Notes: generated by a model from the sequence alone, not told the origin. A stretch of DNA of 64,000 nt from an uncultured virus (IMG/VR IMGVR_UViG_3300012984_000011) (IMGVR_UViG_3300012984_000011); one strand, 5' to 3'; positions 35,632-44,986 are shown, counted from the first letter of the stretch. Translations and numbers: made by a program.

Positions 35632-36624
35632 GTGAGAAATCAGATCCTCCTAGGCGCCGCACTAGATCAACTACGTCAGCTCCCTGAACAACATGTCCAC
35701 TGCTGCATCACCAGCCCGCCCTATTATGCCCTAAGAGACTACGGTCCCACATCAGCTGAATGGCCGGACGGTTGGCAGGGTCAGCTGGGCCATGAGAAGA
35801 CCTCAGAGCAGTATCTGGATCACATGGTCGAAATATGCCAGGAGGTGTACCGAGTCCTGAGGGACGATGGTTCGTTCTGGCTCAACATCGACGACACCTA
35901 TGTCAACAAAGAGCTGCTGGGAATACCGTGGAGGCTAGTCCTCCGGTTGCGCCAAATAGGGTTCTTCCTTCGGTCGGAAATCATCTGGAACAAGGGGAAC
36001 GGGATGCCGGAGAACGTGCATGACCGTCCCTCCAGAGCATTCGAACCCTTGTTCCTGCTGACCAAGCAAAAGCACTACTATTACGACTCTGAGGCGGTCA
36101 GGGAAGACAGTAACGCCAATCTACGAAACGTTTGGAACATCCCGACCGAACGCTATGGAGGCGCCCACGTTGCCGTTTTCCCGACCGCTCTACCTAACCG
36201 GTGCATCCGCCTCTCTACCAGCGAGAAAGGCTGCTGTGGCCTCTGTGGAGCCCCGCTGGAGCGTCAGTTGGAACGCTTGTCCGAAGTAGCGGAGCGGGAA
36301 GGTCATCCGACCCGCTACGGCAGTGTGGGGACCGGCGCCTTCAAGGGGTACAGCATGCCGTCCATCCAACCCCCCGAATATCTGACCAAGGGTTGGCAAA
36401 TGACTTGTAGGTGCGAGACGGATCAGATCGACCCTTGTCTGGTTCTAGATCCCTTTGCCGGCAGTGGGACGACTCTTCAAGAGGCACAGCGGCTGGGACG
36501 GGACTATTTGGGGATTGAGATCAACCCCCAATCGGCAGCCGAGATCCAAAAACGCCTTGAGTCGACTGAGCAACAAGGCGTTTTGGAACAGGCCCGATTG
36601 GCGGGCCTGGATATGCGGTTCTGA
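35632..36624 (+). CDS. site-specific DNA methyltransferase, beta class (N4-C/N6-A)
   Basis: ITSPPYY ... VLDPFAGSGTT..GIEIN; GTG start 10 nt after GGTGTA. Confidence 0.9.
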   Translation: MRNQILLGAALDQLRQLPEQHVHCCITSPPYYALRDYGPTSAEWPDGWQGQLGHEKTSEQYLDHMVEICQEVYRVLRDDGSFWLNIDDTYVNKELLGIPWRLVLRLRQIGFFLRSEIIWNKGNGMPENVHDRPSRAFEPLFLLTKQKHYYYDSEAVREDSNANLRNVWNIPTERYGGAHVAVFPTALPNRCIRLSTSEKGCCGLCGAPLERQLERLSEVAEREGHPTRYGSVGTGAFKGYSMPSIQPPEYLTKGWQMTCRCETDQIDPCLVLDPFAGSGTTLQEAQRLGRDYLGIEINPQSAAEIQKRLESTEQQGVLEQARLAGLDMRF

Positions 36625-36628
36625 CCGG

Positions 36629-37156
36629 TTAGACCTTCTTCTCTTCCGGCTTGGCCGGCAACTGAGGTAGGTTGACCAAACTGGCGCCGATCCGGTTCAA
36701 GGCGTGCTTGGCGTTCAGCACTTCGTCACGAATCGCCCCATGCAGATTCTTGATGTCGATCGCATTGGCGGTCTTCTGCACCCGCTGATGATGTGTCACC
36801 AAACGGGCCGATTGGGCACGGAGCTTGGTCTTGGCGCGATCTGAATCGTTCGTCGTGGCACGGTAGCCCTCCACACGATCGCTGTAGACGGTGCAATTGT
36901 GATCACGTTCGAGGATGGTCTCGGCCGACTTGAGCACGTAGCCGAAGCGCTTCTTGACGTATTCGTGGGTCGGCTGCGGGGTCTTGCTCATGTTGAAGGC
37001 GATACGAGCCAAGACGGTCTTTTGGAAGAACTCCTGAGGCATGTCCTTGGCGGCCTTGAGGAGGAATTGGGCCAGCTGGACTCCAGGCTGTAGGTCCGGA
37101 TTCGGCTTGTAGGCTTGAGCGTAACGTTCTGGGATCAGTTCAATTTTACGTGTCAT
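36629..37156 (-). CDS. hypothetical basic protein
   Basis: 175-aa ORF with AGGA RBS. Confidence 0.7.
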   Translation of the reverse strand: MTRKIELIPERYAQAYKPNPDLQPGVQLAQFLLKAAKDMPQEFFQKTVLARIAFNMSKTPQPTHEYVKKRFGYVLKSAETILERDHNCTVYSDRVEGYRATTNDSDRAKTKLRAQSARLVTHHQRVQKTANAIDIKNLHGAIRDEVLNAKHALNRIGASLVNLPQLPAKPEEKKV

Positions 37157-37176
37157 TTGGTTTCCTAATGTTGGAT

Positions 37177-38235
37177 TTAGAGACTCTTCAGCAGGTTCCA
37201 GGCTTTTTGGATCGAATCGAAGCGTTGGGCGCTTCGATCATCATCGGGGTTCTTGTCAGGGTGAAAGCGTGAGGCAAGTTTCAGATAGGCCTTTTTGGCC
37301 AATTCCAAATCCGGCCGCCAAGTTCGGTAATGTTTGGCACTTCGAGAGGGAGCTTTGAATCCTAGGATCTCCGCCGCTTCAACGATCTCGCTTTGCTTGA
37401 TGTTCAGGATCTCTTTCGAGGTCCCACGGGCACGGATATTGCGAATCTTGCCCAGCAGATTCTGATAGCAAGCGTTGACCTCTAGCTTGAATTCGTCAGA
37501 GATGTCTTCGATCTGACTAGGTTCAGTCAAACCATTGAGACGGCTGGCGACGAAAGCTGGGATCTCCTTGTCCAGCGTCATGGTGATGGTCACCCACAAT
37601 GCCTTGGATTCGGTCGTCATCTCGTCCAAGGGTTTGGCCCATCTGGATCGAGGCGGTTCTGCTACGATCGCAGTTTCGGTTTGTTCAGGTGCTGGGCGCT
37701 GCCTAGGTGGTCTACTCAACTTACCTCTCCCCCCTCGACGTGAAATCGACTTTGGACTGACCGGTCTCCTGTCTCGAATGGGTTTGACGATACTCTCAGT
37801 GAGACTCTGTTCGAATCGTTGATGGGCTTCCCCATCCGCCGCATTTTTGGCAGCTGTACTGGCAGAGGTGAAAGCTTCGTACACATGTTCTGGGTTGATG
37901 CCTTCATCCAGGGCCTCCCAGGCAGGCACTACGTTGAAACCCTTGCGAAGCTCCTTTAGAGCACGAGCACGAGCTTTGAAAGGACTGCAAGGCCCCCCAT
38001 CGGCCAACACATAGGCCAACCACTTGGCCTCGTACCCCTTCATATCCATGATGATGTTGCGATATTTGGGGTCAACCTTGAGCCAAATGGCGTTTTCGCT
38101 CAACGCCTTGTCCCTAGAGTTCTTGGGAGGATTTTTCTTGTATTCCTCGATCAGATCGATCGCATCCACCTGCGCGGCAAAGATAGCCGCCTGGTAGGCT
38201 TCCTCAGTATGAGGAGGTGTCTTGTCTCTTTTCAC
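37177..38235 (-). CDS. protein with C-terminal J-domain
   Basis: AKKAYLKLASRFHPDKNPDD...FDSIQKAWNLL. Confidence 0.8.
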   Translation of the reverse strand: MKRDKTPPHTEEAYQAAIFAAQVDAIDLIEEYKKNPPKNSRDKALSENAIWLKVDPKYRNIIMDMKGYEAKWLAYVLADGGPCSPFKARARALKELRKGFNVVPAWEALDEGINPEHVYEAFTSASTAAKNAADGEAHQRFEQSLTESIVKPIRDRRPVSPKSISRRGGRGKLSRPPRQRPAPEQTETAIVAEPPRSRWAKPLDEMTTESKALWVTITMTLDKEIPAFVASRLNGLTEPSQIEDISDEFKLEVNACYQNLLGKIRNIRARGTSKEILNIKQSEIVEAAEILGFKAPSRSAKHYRTWRPDLELAKKAYLKLASRFHPDKNPDDDRSAQRFDSIQKAWNLLKSL

Positions 38236-39080
38236 GACTTGCTCGTTTTGGCCGTCAAGGTCTTGATTTCTTCCAACGTCTTGTCGAGACGACGCCCTTC
38301 CGATTCCAGCTGATTGGACAAGGAGGTGCGACGGCTACCGATCTCAATCATCTTGTCCGCCAAGACGCTGAGCTGAACGCGCTCATCTTTCTCGATTGCC
38401 TCAATTATCCGATTGAATGAGGTCTCGATCCTCTTCTCCAGACCGGAGAGATGCCCCAATCGGGTCTCCATATCGGTGAGTTTTTCATCCAACCGCTTGT
38501 CCAGGGTCGTCAATCCTTGATAGACCTGCCCCAAATGGTCGGCCACCAACTTGAGCTGACTCGCCACCTCTTTGACGGCATCCAACCCCTCATCAACAGG
38601 AGGCGGATCGTCCCCCTTGGTCTCAGCCTCATGCTCTTCCTGCAAGGCTTCGGTCAGGTCCAGATGGTCGGAAGGCCACAACAGCTTCTTGAGCTGCTGG
38701 CCATCCTCAAACAACGCATCCTCCACCATGTCGAACAGGTCTTTTTGAGCCTTTTGATCGACCGCTTGGAAGCTGATGTTCCTCGACTGGTTGACTTGCT
38801 GGACGAATCCTTGCTGAATCAAATGGTCGACGAATTGCCGGTGCCATTCCTTGGCCATCGCCTCTTTTTTGACCGCCTTCCCCTCCTTGCCGGTCTTTGT
38901 GTAGGGAGCCGTCAAGTCTTTCCTCGAACGTTGGCTTCCGTTGGAAAGACGGATTATGGTCAAAAGCCCTAGGATGAAGCGGGCCTGATCTCGTTCGTGG
39001 GCGGTCCCGTAGAGATGATTCAGCCGTTGGATGGCCGGATCTGTCATGGGTCGGTGGAGGTCTTCGATAGTTTCGGTCAT
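38232..39080 (-). CDS. coiled-coil hypothetical protein
   Basis: 282 aa; GGTGTA 9 nt upstream. Confidence 0.75.
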   Translation of the reverse strand: MTETIEDLHRPMTDPAIQRLNHLYGTAHERDQARFILGLLTIIRLSNGSQRSRKDLTAPYTKTGKEGKAVKKEAMAKEWHRQFVDHLIQQGFVQQVNQSRNISFQAVDQKAQKDLFDMVEDALFEDGQQLKKLLWPSDHLDLTEALQEEHEAETKGDDPPPVDEGLDAVKEVASQLKLVADHLGQVYQGLTTLDKRLDEKLTDMETRLGHLSGLEKRIETSFNRIIEAIEKDERVQLSVLADKMIEIGSRRTSLSNQLESEGRRLDKTLEEIKTLTAKTSKS

Positions 39081-39146
39081 TGGATTCTGTACACCGTGTT
39101 GTGTTGCTTACTTAGACGGCACAGAAAATCGACAACTTAACCCCCA

Positions 39147-39575
39147 CTACCGACAATTTCGCAACCGCCCTCGCAAATCCAGGTCCAGCAACCAATCGCA
39201 AATCTGCTCCGTCTCCTCCAGATCTCCTGAGCTGACACGAGTCAACATCTCTTCAGAAGAGAAGCCCAGCTGACCCTCATAGGCGACGATCTGGTCATCC
39301 AACTGGGCCAGCTTGAGTTCTGTCGGGATGGGGGTCAGGGCCTTGAGACGGGCCATGTAGTCTTCTTTGGACAGACTCTCCAGCTCAGCGAAATTGATCG
39401 TATGACGGGTATTGTAGAGCAGATCATCCAGCTGATAGGCTGAAGGACACCTGGGACAAGGGTTCCCGTCTGACATCCGTCCGTAACCTCCACTGCAGGT
39501 GTTGTTGCCACAGTCCCCACAGAGAACCATCCAACGACGGCAATGTGAGCAGTAGCTCCATTGATGGTCGGCCAT
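39147..39575 (-). CDS. Zn-finger protein with antitoxin-like C-terminus
   Basis: CSHC...CGDCGNNTC..CPRC; YE...GFSSEEM...GDL..W. Confidence 0.55.
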   Translation of the reverse strand: MADHQWSYCSHCRRWMVLCGDCGNNTCSGGYGRMSDGNPCPRCPSAYQLDDLLYNTRHTINFAELESLSKEDYMARLKALTPIPTELKLAQLDDQIVAYEGQLGFSSEEMLTRVSSGDLEETEQICDWLLDLDLRGRLRNCR

Positions 39576-39901
39576 CAACCCATCCCCCAACAGATCATCC
39601 CCTGGGCAAATTCAGGAGTATGCTCCAGCCGTTCGAGCTCATACGTGTGCTCTGTAGGGTCAAAGTTCTTGATTCGGATCCATTCCGGTTCAGAGGGAGC
39701 GTCGATGCCACTCATGATACCTGGCCCCAATTCTTCAATGACAGCGTAATCGAACGTCGCACTTTCGAAGAAAAGATCGGTATTTTGAGTCAGGTCGGTC
39801 CAGGCGTCCTCTTTGGTGTGATACCAACCCCAGCATCGATGATTGATGATGTGTCTGGAACATACGACAGTGACAGTGAAAATGGTCTTTGGCTCTTGCA
39901 T
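39575..39901 (-). CDS. hypothetical protein
   Basis: RCWGWY...E....YAVIEE phage-type pattern. Confidence 0.65.
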   Translation of the reverse strand: MQEPKTIFTVTVVCSRHIINHRCWGWYHTKEDAWTDLTQNTDLFFESATFDYAVIEELGPGIMSGIDAPSEPEWIRIKNFDPTEHTYELERLEHTPEFAQGMICWGMG

Positions 39902-39909
39902 GAACGTAA

Positions 39910-40395
39910 CTATAGGTTGCTAGAATCGCTCAGCAATTCCCAGATGGTAGGTCGGTATTCGAGGTGGCGAAGCACTAGTTGACAGTCCTCCAACGACATA
40001 CACGAGAGACGGCCGAACGTTCGGCCTGCTTCCGTAAATTTTTCACTCAGTTCAGCCTCAAGGGTCTGCCAATCAAACAAATCAGGATGACGTTCCAGCA
40101 AACGATGGATCCGTTGTCTGGCTTGTCGGGTAGCCCGATTGCCCGGGATCCCCAATGGGGTTCCGTCACTGTTGGCGCTGAATTTGCCCGAGCAAGTCTC
40201 AACCGTTAAGTCAAAATTAGCTTTCCGCCACTGGATCCAACCGTCCAAACAGCGATAGAACAGCCCGAACTTGCCTGCCAGGAGGGAGACTTTTCCTCCG
40301 CAATCAGGACATCTGTAGTCTGAGCTTCTATCTACGGTTCGGATCGTCTGCCTTAACTCTTTGATCTGCTCAGACGATAGCTCAGGTGACGACAC
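39910..40395 (-). CDS. DUF3268-like zinc-finger protein with tag (RPTIWELLSD)
   Basis: CPDCG...FYRC...C...GTPLG.P....R.AR..IH. Confidence 0.7.
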   Translation of the reverse strand: MSSPELSSEQIKELRQTIRTVDRSSDYRCPDCGGKVSLLAGKFGLFYRCLDGWIQWRKANFDLTVETCSGKFSANSDGTPLGIPGNRATRQARQRIHRLLERHPDLFDWQTLEAELSEKFTEAGRTFGRLSCMSLEDCQLVLRHLEYRPTIWELLSDSSNL

Positions 40396-40403
40396 CTATC
40401 GAT

Positions 40404-40997
40404 CTACACCAGATACACTTCTCTGGAGGCTTCTGGCCTGGCACCCGCCTGCCAAGCAGTGATGGCTTGCTCGATCAAACCTGTCGCCACCTCAGCAGTG
40501 GCGCAGATGCCCTGGATGCCCATCCTTGGTCTGTCTTCATCTTCATCCGTCGTGATGAGGCTGATCGAATCTTTCGCTGGGTTGGACAGCGTCAGCATCA
40601 CTCGGCCGGCAGTGCAGAGCGTGAGGATCTGTAGATCCCCTGACTTGAGCTCCATCCCAGAACTGTCGCAATCTTGAATGATCTTTTGCAACCCATGGAA
40701 CCAAACCTCGGCCTCGAACTTTCGGGTCAATTGCTGCAACCCTTCCATCGCCAGCAAGAGGGGATCCTCCATCTGCTTCTTACGAGAGACGCTGAGATGA
40801 TCTAGGTGGCGATCCATCCACAAACTGGTCGTAATGACGCCTGTTCGGTCATATTCTTCGTCTTTACGATTTCTAGCACACATGCGGCAGAGGGTGTACA
40901 GATATTCACCATTTGCCGTAAATGTCTGAATTCGGTAATCTCGATCGGTGGTGGTTCGTTGGCAGTCTTTGCAGGGTTGGTCTTCGGTGGGGATCAT
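40404..40997 (-). CDS. hypothetical protein, N-terminal Zn finger
   Basis: CKDC...CRMC. Confidence 0.6.
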   Translation of the reverse strand: MIPTEDQPCKDCQRTTTDRDYRIQTFTANGEYLYTLCRMCARNRKDEEYDRTGVITTSLWMDRHLDHLSVSRKKQMEDPLLLAMEGLQQLTRKFEAEVWFHGLQKIIQDCDSSGMELKSGDLQILTLCTAGRVMLTLSNPAKDSISLITTDEDEDRPRMGIQGICATAEVATGLIEQAITAWQAGARPEASREVYLV

Positions 40998-41127
40998 GTG
41001 GTTCCTTACGGTCAGCAGGGGGGATCCTTACACCTCTGGTCCAGAATCGGGCCAATCGCGGCCAATTGGGCCGTCTCAAAATCACTTATCGGGTCGGCTA
41101 GGGTAGACAGCCAAGATAGGACCCCAA

Positions 41128-42369
41128 ATGCCCGATTTTAGAAGCAATGTACGATGTTTCTCTGGATTTCAAGGTGGAGGCCGTGTCTCGCCCAAAGCCT
41201 ATGGGGCCAAGGGGGATGGGGTGGCGGACGACACAACTGCCATCCGAGCTGCCCACGACTATTGTGTGTCGCTGCCCAACGGCGGGGATGTGATTCTTGA
41301 TGGGTCGTTTCGTATCACCGATACTTTGACTTGGAACGGAAAAGTATCGCTGGTGGGGGTTGGCAATTGTTCGATAGGGATGGATCATCCGACCAAAGAC
41401 TGGTTCTCTATCACTGGCAGCATCACTACCCCAACTCGTTTCGAGAATTTCTATCTAGCGTCCGCTCAGGCCAACTCAGGCACGGTGTTCAATTGTTCGA
41501 CTACCGTCGGATCAACCCCTCAAAGGATCTTGATCCGAAACGTGATGTCAAATCTGAATCCTGATGCTGGTTTGGTCCAAGGAACCATCGTCTATGCGGG
41601 CGTGGCCAACCAGACGGTGACGATTCAGAACTGCACCCTTAATGTGGCGGCTGCTGTCCCCTCCTGCACCGTCACTGGGGGGTCTCGTTTGGTGGTGTCA
41701 GATTCAGCCTTCTCACCTCCTGGCACTTCCAATACGATGATGATTGAGATCCGGGCCGCCTCTGGTGCTAGCGCTCAGATCGACAATTGTGCGTTCATTG
41801 GGCGTCCTGGAGGCGGTGTGGGCGGTACGTTCATCTATACCGCTAGCGGTGCTCGTTGTGTGGTCACTAACTGCCACTTTGCGGGCGATCCTGGGACCGG
41901 TACATTGTGGTACGCACACGGTTGGGCCGCTGGTGCGACCGTGATGAGCAAGAATCACACGTACAATCAGAATGCTTATCCGATCAACTTCGGATCTCCT
42001 CCTCCCACTCTGACTGATCGCTATTCGAATATCGAGCTGTTGCCTAGCTATAGGGTGACCAGCATCGGAACCAGTCACAGTGTTTTTTCTGGCTACCAGA
42101 CAGCCGAATTGGGGGTCAATGGAGCCAGCTTCACCGCCACCATGCCGGCCAAGCTATTCATTGGACAACGCCTCCGACTAGCTATCCAGAACAACAATGG
42201 GGCGGCTTGGAAGCCCCTCTTCTCAGGGTCGGGAGCTCCAAGCAATTTGAGCGTTGCATCGCTAGGCAACCTGTCAGGCGTAGGTTCGTTCGGTATCTAC
42301 GAATTCGTAGTTAGCGACATCTTCTCAGGTACCCCAGATTGGTTCCTGATTGTTCCAGGACAACTCTAA
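41128..42369 (+). CDS. right-handed beta-helix (pectate_lyase_3 / tailspike-like) protein
   Basis: SPKAYGAKGDGVADDTTAIRAA; repeated I.NC.F strands. Confidence 0.8.
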   Translation: MPDFRSNVRCFSGFQGGGRVSPKAYGAKGDGVADDTTAIRAAHDYCVSLPNGGDVILDGSFRITDTLTWNGKVSLVGVGNCSIGMDHPTKDWFSITGSITTPTRFENFYLASAQANSGTVFNCSTTVGSTPQRILIRNVMSNLNPDAGLVQGTIVYAGVANQTVTIQNCTLNVAAAVPSCTVTGGSRLVVSDSAFSPPGTSNTMMIEIRAASGASAQIDNCAFIGRPGGGVGGTFIYTASGARCVVTNCHFAGDPGTGTLWYAHGWAAGATVMSKNHTYNQNAYPINFGSPPPTLTDRYSNIELLPSYRVTSIGTSHSVFSGYQTAELGVNGASFTATMPAKLFIGQRLRLAIQNNNGAAWKPLFSGSGAPSNLSVASLGNLSGVGSFGIYEFVVSDIFSGTPDWFLIVPGQL

Positions 42370-42947
42370 CGGTTAGCCGCCTGGTACAACGCTTCAGTGA
42401 CGATCGGAAGCGTCATGTGCCAGGTAGAACCTTTCCCTACTCGGACGACGTTCGGGTGTTTGAAATGCTGATTCCAAGGCTGGTCCAGCATCAACACTGT
42501 GCCTCGCGGCCGATATTTGAGCCACTGTTCGATATAGCTGGGATAGTCGTCAAACAGCACACGGCCGTATGTGTGTTGCTTGCTCGTCACCACCTGCACC
42601 CCAGCGTCGGGGATGTGTTGCTGACACCAGATCGCCTTCTCGGTCCAGGCATTAATGGCTTTCCTAGGCCCTTTGCTCAAGACATTGAGCGAGAACCCGA
42701 ACTGACGCATCAAATCAAGGATCAGAAATCCCTCTGGAATACGCTCCAAGTTCTGCCAAAATCCTGGATGTTGCTTGATGTAGTCCATCCTGGCTTCCAT
42801 CCACTCAGGAGGGTTCTCCAAGTCTTCCGGAAATACCACCATTTCATTCGGACTTCTCATCCGGTTCAAATTGGTGATCAATGCGGTCGCCATATCGGCA
42901 ACCGATCCGTCTAGATCGATGAGAGCGATGGGGGGATCTTGGGACAT
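42366..42947 (-). CDS. 5'(3')-deoxyribonucleotidase (NT5C, HAD family)
   Basis: LIDLDGSVAD, EKAIW, LFDDYP, QPWN. Confidence 0.85.
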   Translation of the reverse strand: MSQDPPIALIDLDGSVADMATALITNLNRMRSPNEMVVFPEDLENPPEWMEARMDYIKQHPGFWQNLERIPEGFLILDLMRQFGFSLNVLSKGPRKAINAWTEKAIWCQQHIPDAGVQVVTSKQHTYGRVLFDDYPSYIEQWLKYRPRGTVLMLDQPWNQHFKHPNVVRVGKGSTWHMTLPIVTEALYQAANR

Positions 42948-42954
42948 GTCATCC

Positions 42955-43218
42955 CTACACCGAAGGTTCATCCCGCATAAACGGCTCGGAGATTTGCCAA
43001 GCCGTTTCGATCAGCATGGTGGTCATTTCCAAGCTATGAGAGGCCATCCCACAAGCTTTCGCCAGTTTGGGCCGCCCCCGTTCCCCATCAGCTAGCGATT
43101 GAGCCGCCAACTCACCTGCGAGTGCTTGTAAGAAGCCCTTCAAGGCGTCATAACGTAAATTGGCCACTTGCTGGGCCAACTCGACAGGGGTAAGGCCCGC
43201 AATATGTAAGGGGTGCAT
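42955..43218 (-). CDS. 87-aa hypothetical protein (tandem paralog 1)
   Basis: GLTPVELAQQVANLRYDALKGFL. Confidence 0.75.
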   Translation of the reverse strand: MHPLHIAGLTPVELAQQVANLRYDALKGFLQALAGELAAQSLADGERGRPKLAKACGMASHSLEMTTMLIETAWQISEPFMRDEPSV

Positions 43219-43226
43219 TCCCTCCA

Positions 43227-43490
43227 TTACACCGATGAGGATTCTGAATTCGGTCTGACCATGATCCAAGCTATTTCGAAGAGATTTGAAGCTAGACTCA
43301 AGTTACCTATGGCCAATGTTTTAACCCGGGTCAATTCGTCCTCCCCCAGAATAGCGCCCTCAGCCACTTCATCATTTAACGCGATTGCCAGTTCATCGAG
43401 GAACTCTTTCAGAGTGTCATACCTGAAATGACCAATGGCCTGAGCCAATTGCTTGGGAGTCAGGCCATCAAGAGTGGTGGGGTGTGGCAT
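43227..43490 (-). CDS. 87-aa hypothetical protein (tandem paralog 2)
   Basis: GLTPKQLAQAIGHFRYDTLKEFL. Confidence 0.75.
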   Translation of the reverse strand: MPHPTTLDGLTPKQLAQAIGHFRYDTLKEFLDELAIALNDEVAEGAILGEDELTRVKTLAIGNLSLASNLFEIAWIMVRPNSESSSV

Positions 43491-43508
43491 CCCACGCAAT
43501 ACACCAGA

Positions 43509-43835
43509 TCAGGTATCGTCTGGCAGGTCAAAGACAAGGAATGTCTTACGTCCTACCGCCTGGTAGTCAATTCCTCGCCGCAGAGGAGGAGCCTTGGCCT
43601 CGCCTCGATACACCTCCTCTGTATGGCGTCTGCAGAGTACCGAATCACCCTTTTCAGGGTCCTGCCATCTAGGTTGTCCACAAGCCTCACGCATGCAGAT
43701 ACCCTCTTGGTATACGCATCGTTCACCTGCGTACGGATTAGGGATCGGCTCGCGTCTAATGATCGGGAATGCCGCTTTTAGATATTCCGTCAAAGGTTCT
43801 TGCTTGTTGAGAGGAAGCAGCTTGAAGGAGGCCAT
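43509..43835 (-). CDS. hypothetical protein, Cys/His motif plus C-terminal RRGIDYQAVGRKTFLV segment
   Basis: TGATG-coupled ORF. Confidence 0.6.
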   Translation of the reverse strand: MASFKLLPLNKQEPLTEYLKAAFPIIRREPIPNPYAGERCVYQEGICMREACGQPRWQDPEKGDSVLCRRHTEEVYRGEAKAPPLRRGIDYQAVGRKTFLVFDLPDDT

Positions 43836-44434
43836 CAGAGCAAATTGTGTTGGTTCATGATCGAATGGTGGAACGTCTGATCCCAATTGCCGGTCGCATG
43901 ACCGATAATCAGATGGCCCAACTCATGCGTCAAAGCAGTGGCGTAGATGGACTCATTTGGCTGGTTGTAGTCGACTTCAATCGTGTAGCTGTACGCTAGT
44001 GTCACACCTTTGACCTTCTGATGGGCGGGGTTCTTGTCGTTCTCGTCCAAGTCTTTCTTGAAGAAACCCCAGATGACTTCCCCATCAGTGATGATTTGAG
44101 CTGCATTGGGATAGATGGGGGTCCAACTATCGATCACTTGCTTGACCAGTTCATTCACCTTTGGGGCGGGTGGCAACACGTATTGCTCTGGCTTGAGCAT
44201 CAGGCCGTAGGTCGGATACCAGACGAAGCTATCGATGTCCGCCTTCTTGAGCAGCGTCCAGCGAAGCCAGATGGCCATGAACGCTACGGTGACGGTCCAC
44301 ATGAGTGGGATCGCTTGACGGGGTCCATCAAACCCACTAACCATCATGTAGATCGTCAAACCGGCCATCACCAGACCAGGAGTACCGATCGTCACTGCAT
44401 CCCAAACGCTGAACCAAACTGGTTTCTTTTTCAT
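43835..44434 (-). CDS. membrane-anchored zinc metallopeptidase-like protein
   Basis: two N-terminal TM segments; HELGH (HExxH). Confidence 0.7.
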   Translation of the reverse strand: MKKKPVWFSVWDAVTIGTPGLVMAGLTIYMMVSGFDGPRQAIPLMWTVTVAFMAIWLRWTLLKKADIDSFVWYPTYGLMLKPEQYVLPPAPKVNELVKQVIDSWTPIYPNAAQIITDGEVIWGFFKKDLDENDKNPAHQKVKGVTLAYSYTIEVDYNQPNESIYATALTHELGHLIIGHATGNWDQTFHHSIMNQHNLL

Positions 44435-44446
44435 GATTAGATGACC

Positions 44447-44809
44447 TCACAAATACTCTAGCTCGCCATAGTAGATACCACCCAGGTGGGCGAGGATCTT
44501 ACCCAAGACAGTGCGGTGACAACGTGTCGGGTCGGTGCAGTAGCAGCAAAGCACTACCCTCTCACGAGCCAACAGCAAATCCCACTCGCCCCTATTTATC
44601 CGATATGATTGGGACATTTCTAGCAGGTAGGCTCTGCAGTAGGTTTGCCAAGCCGTGTTGGAGATGGGCTGTTTGGCTCGATTCAGGTCTAGGATGGGAC
44701 GGAGGATGGTCCAACTAGGGGCGAACACCCCATTGCCGCTCTTTCGCGTCACATTGAACGCATCTCGATCGCCCGTCGAGATTCTGGCGGACCATACCTC
44801 CAAGGTCAT
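44447..44809 (-). CDS. DUF488-family protein
   Basis: FAPSW.IL...Y...Y..EM...VVLCCYC.DP.RCHR. Confidence 0.75.
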   Translation of the reverse strand: MTLEVWSARISTGDRDAFNVTRKSGNGVFAPSWTILRPILDLNRAKQPISNTAWQTYCRAYLLEMSQSYRINRGEWDLLLARERVVLCCYCTDPTRCHRTVLGKILAHLGGIYYGELEYL

Positions 44810-44970
44810 TTGGGGATCTTTCGAAGGAGAACCCAATGCGTAGCCCAGAATTCTTTTGCAGTCGACACTTCTTCGGCTCCCAGCGCTCTAGCGACCAAAT
44901 CAGGGTTAACCCGTTTGGTCTTAGAACGCACCAGACTAAGCTTCTTCGAGGCTTTCAGCTTCAGAGCCAT
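44806..44970 (-). CDS. small basic protein (54 aa)
   Basis: MALKLKASKKLSLVRSKTKRVNPDLVARALGAE...; GGTGTA 44980-44985 9 nt upstream; ATGA-coupled to DUF488. Confidence 0.6.
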   Translation of the reverse strand: MALKLKASKKLSLVRSKTKRVNPDLVARALGAEEVSTAKEFWATHWVLLRKIPK

Positions 44971-44986
44971 CCTGACTTCTACACCA

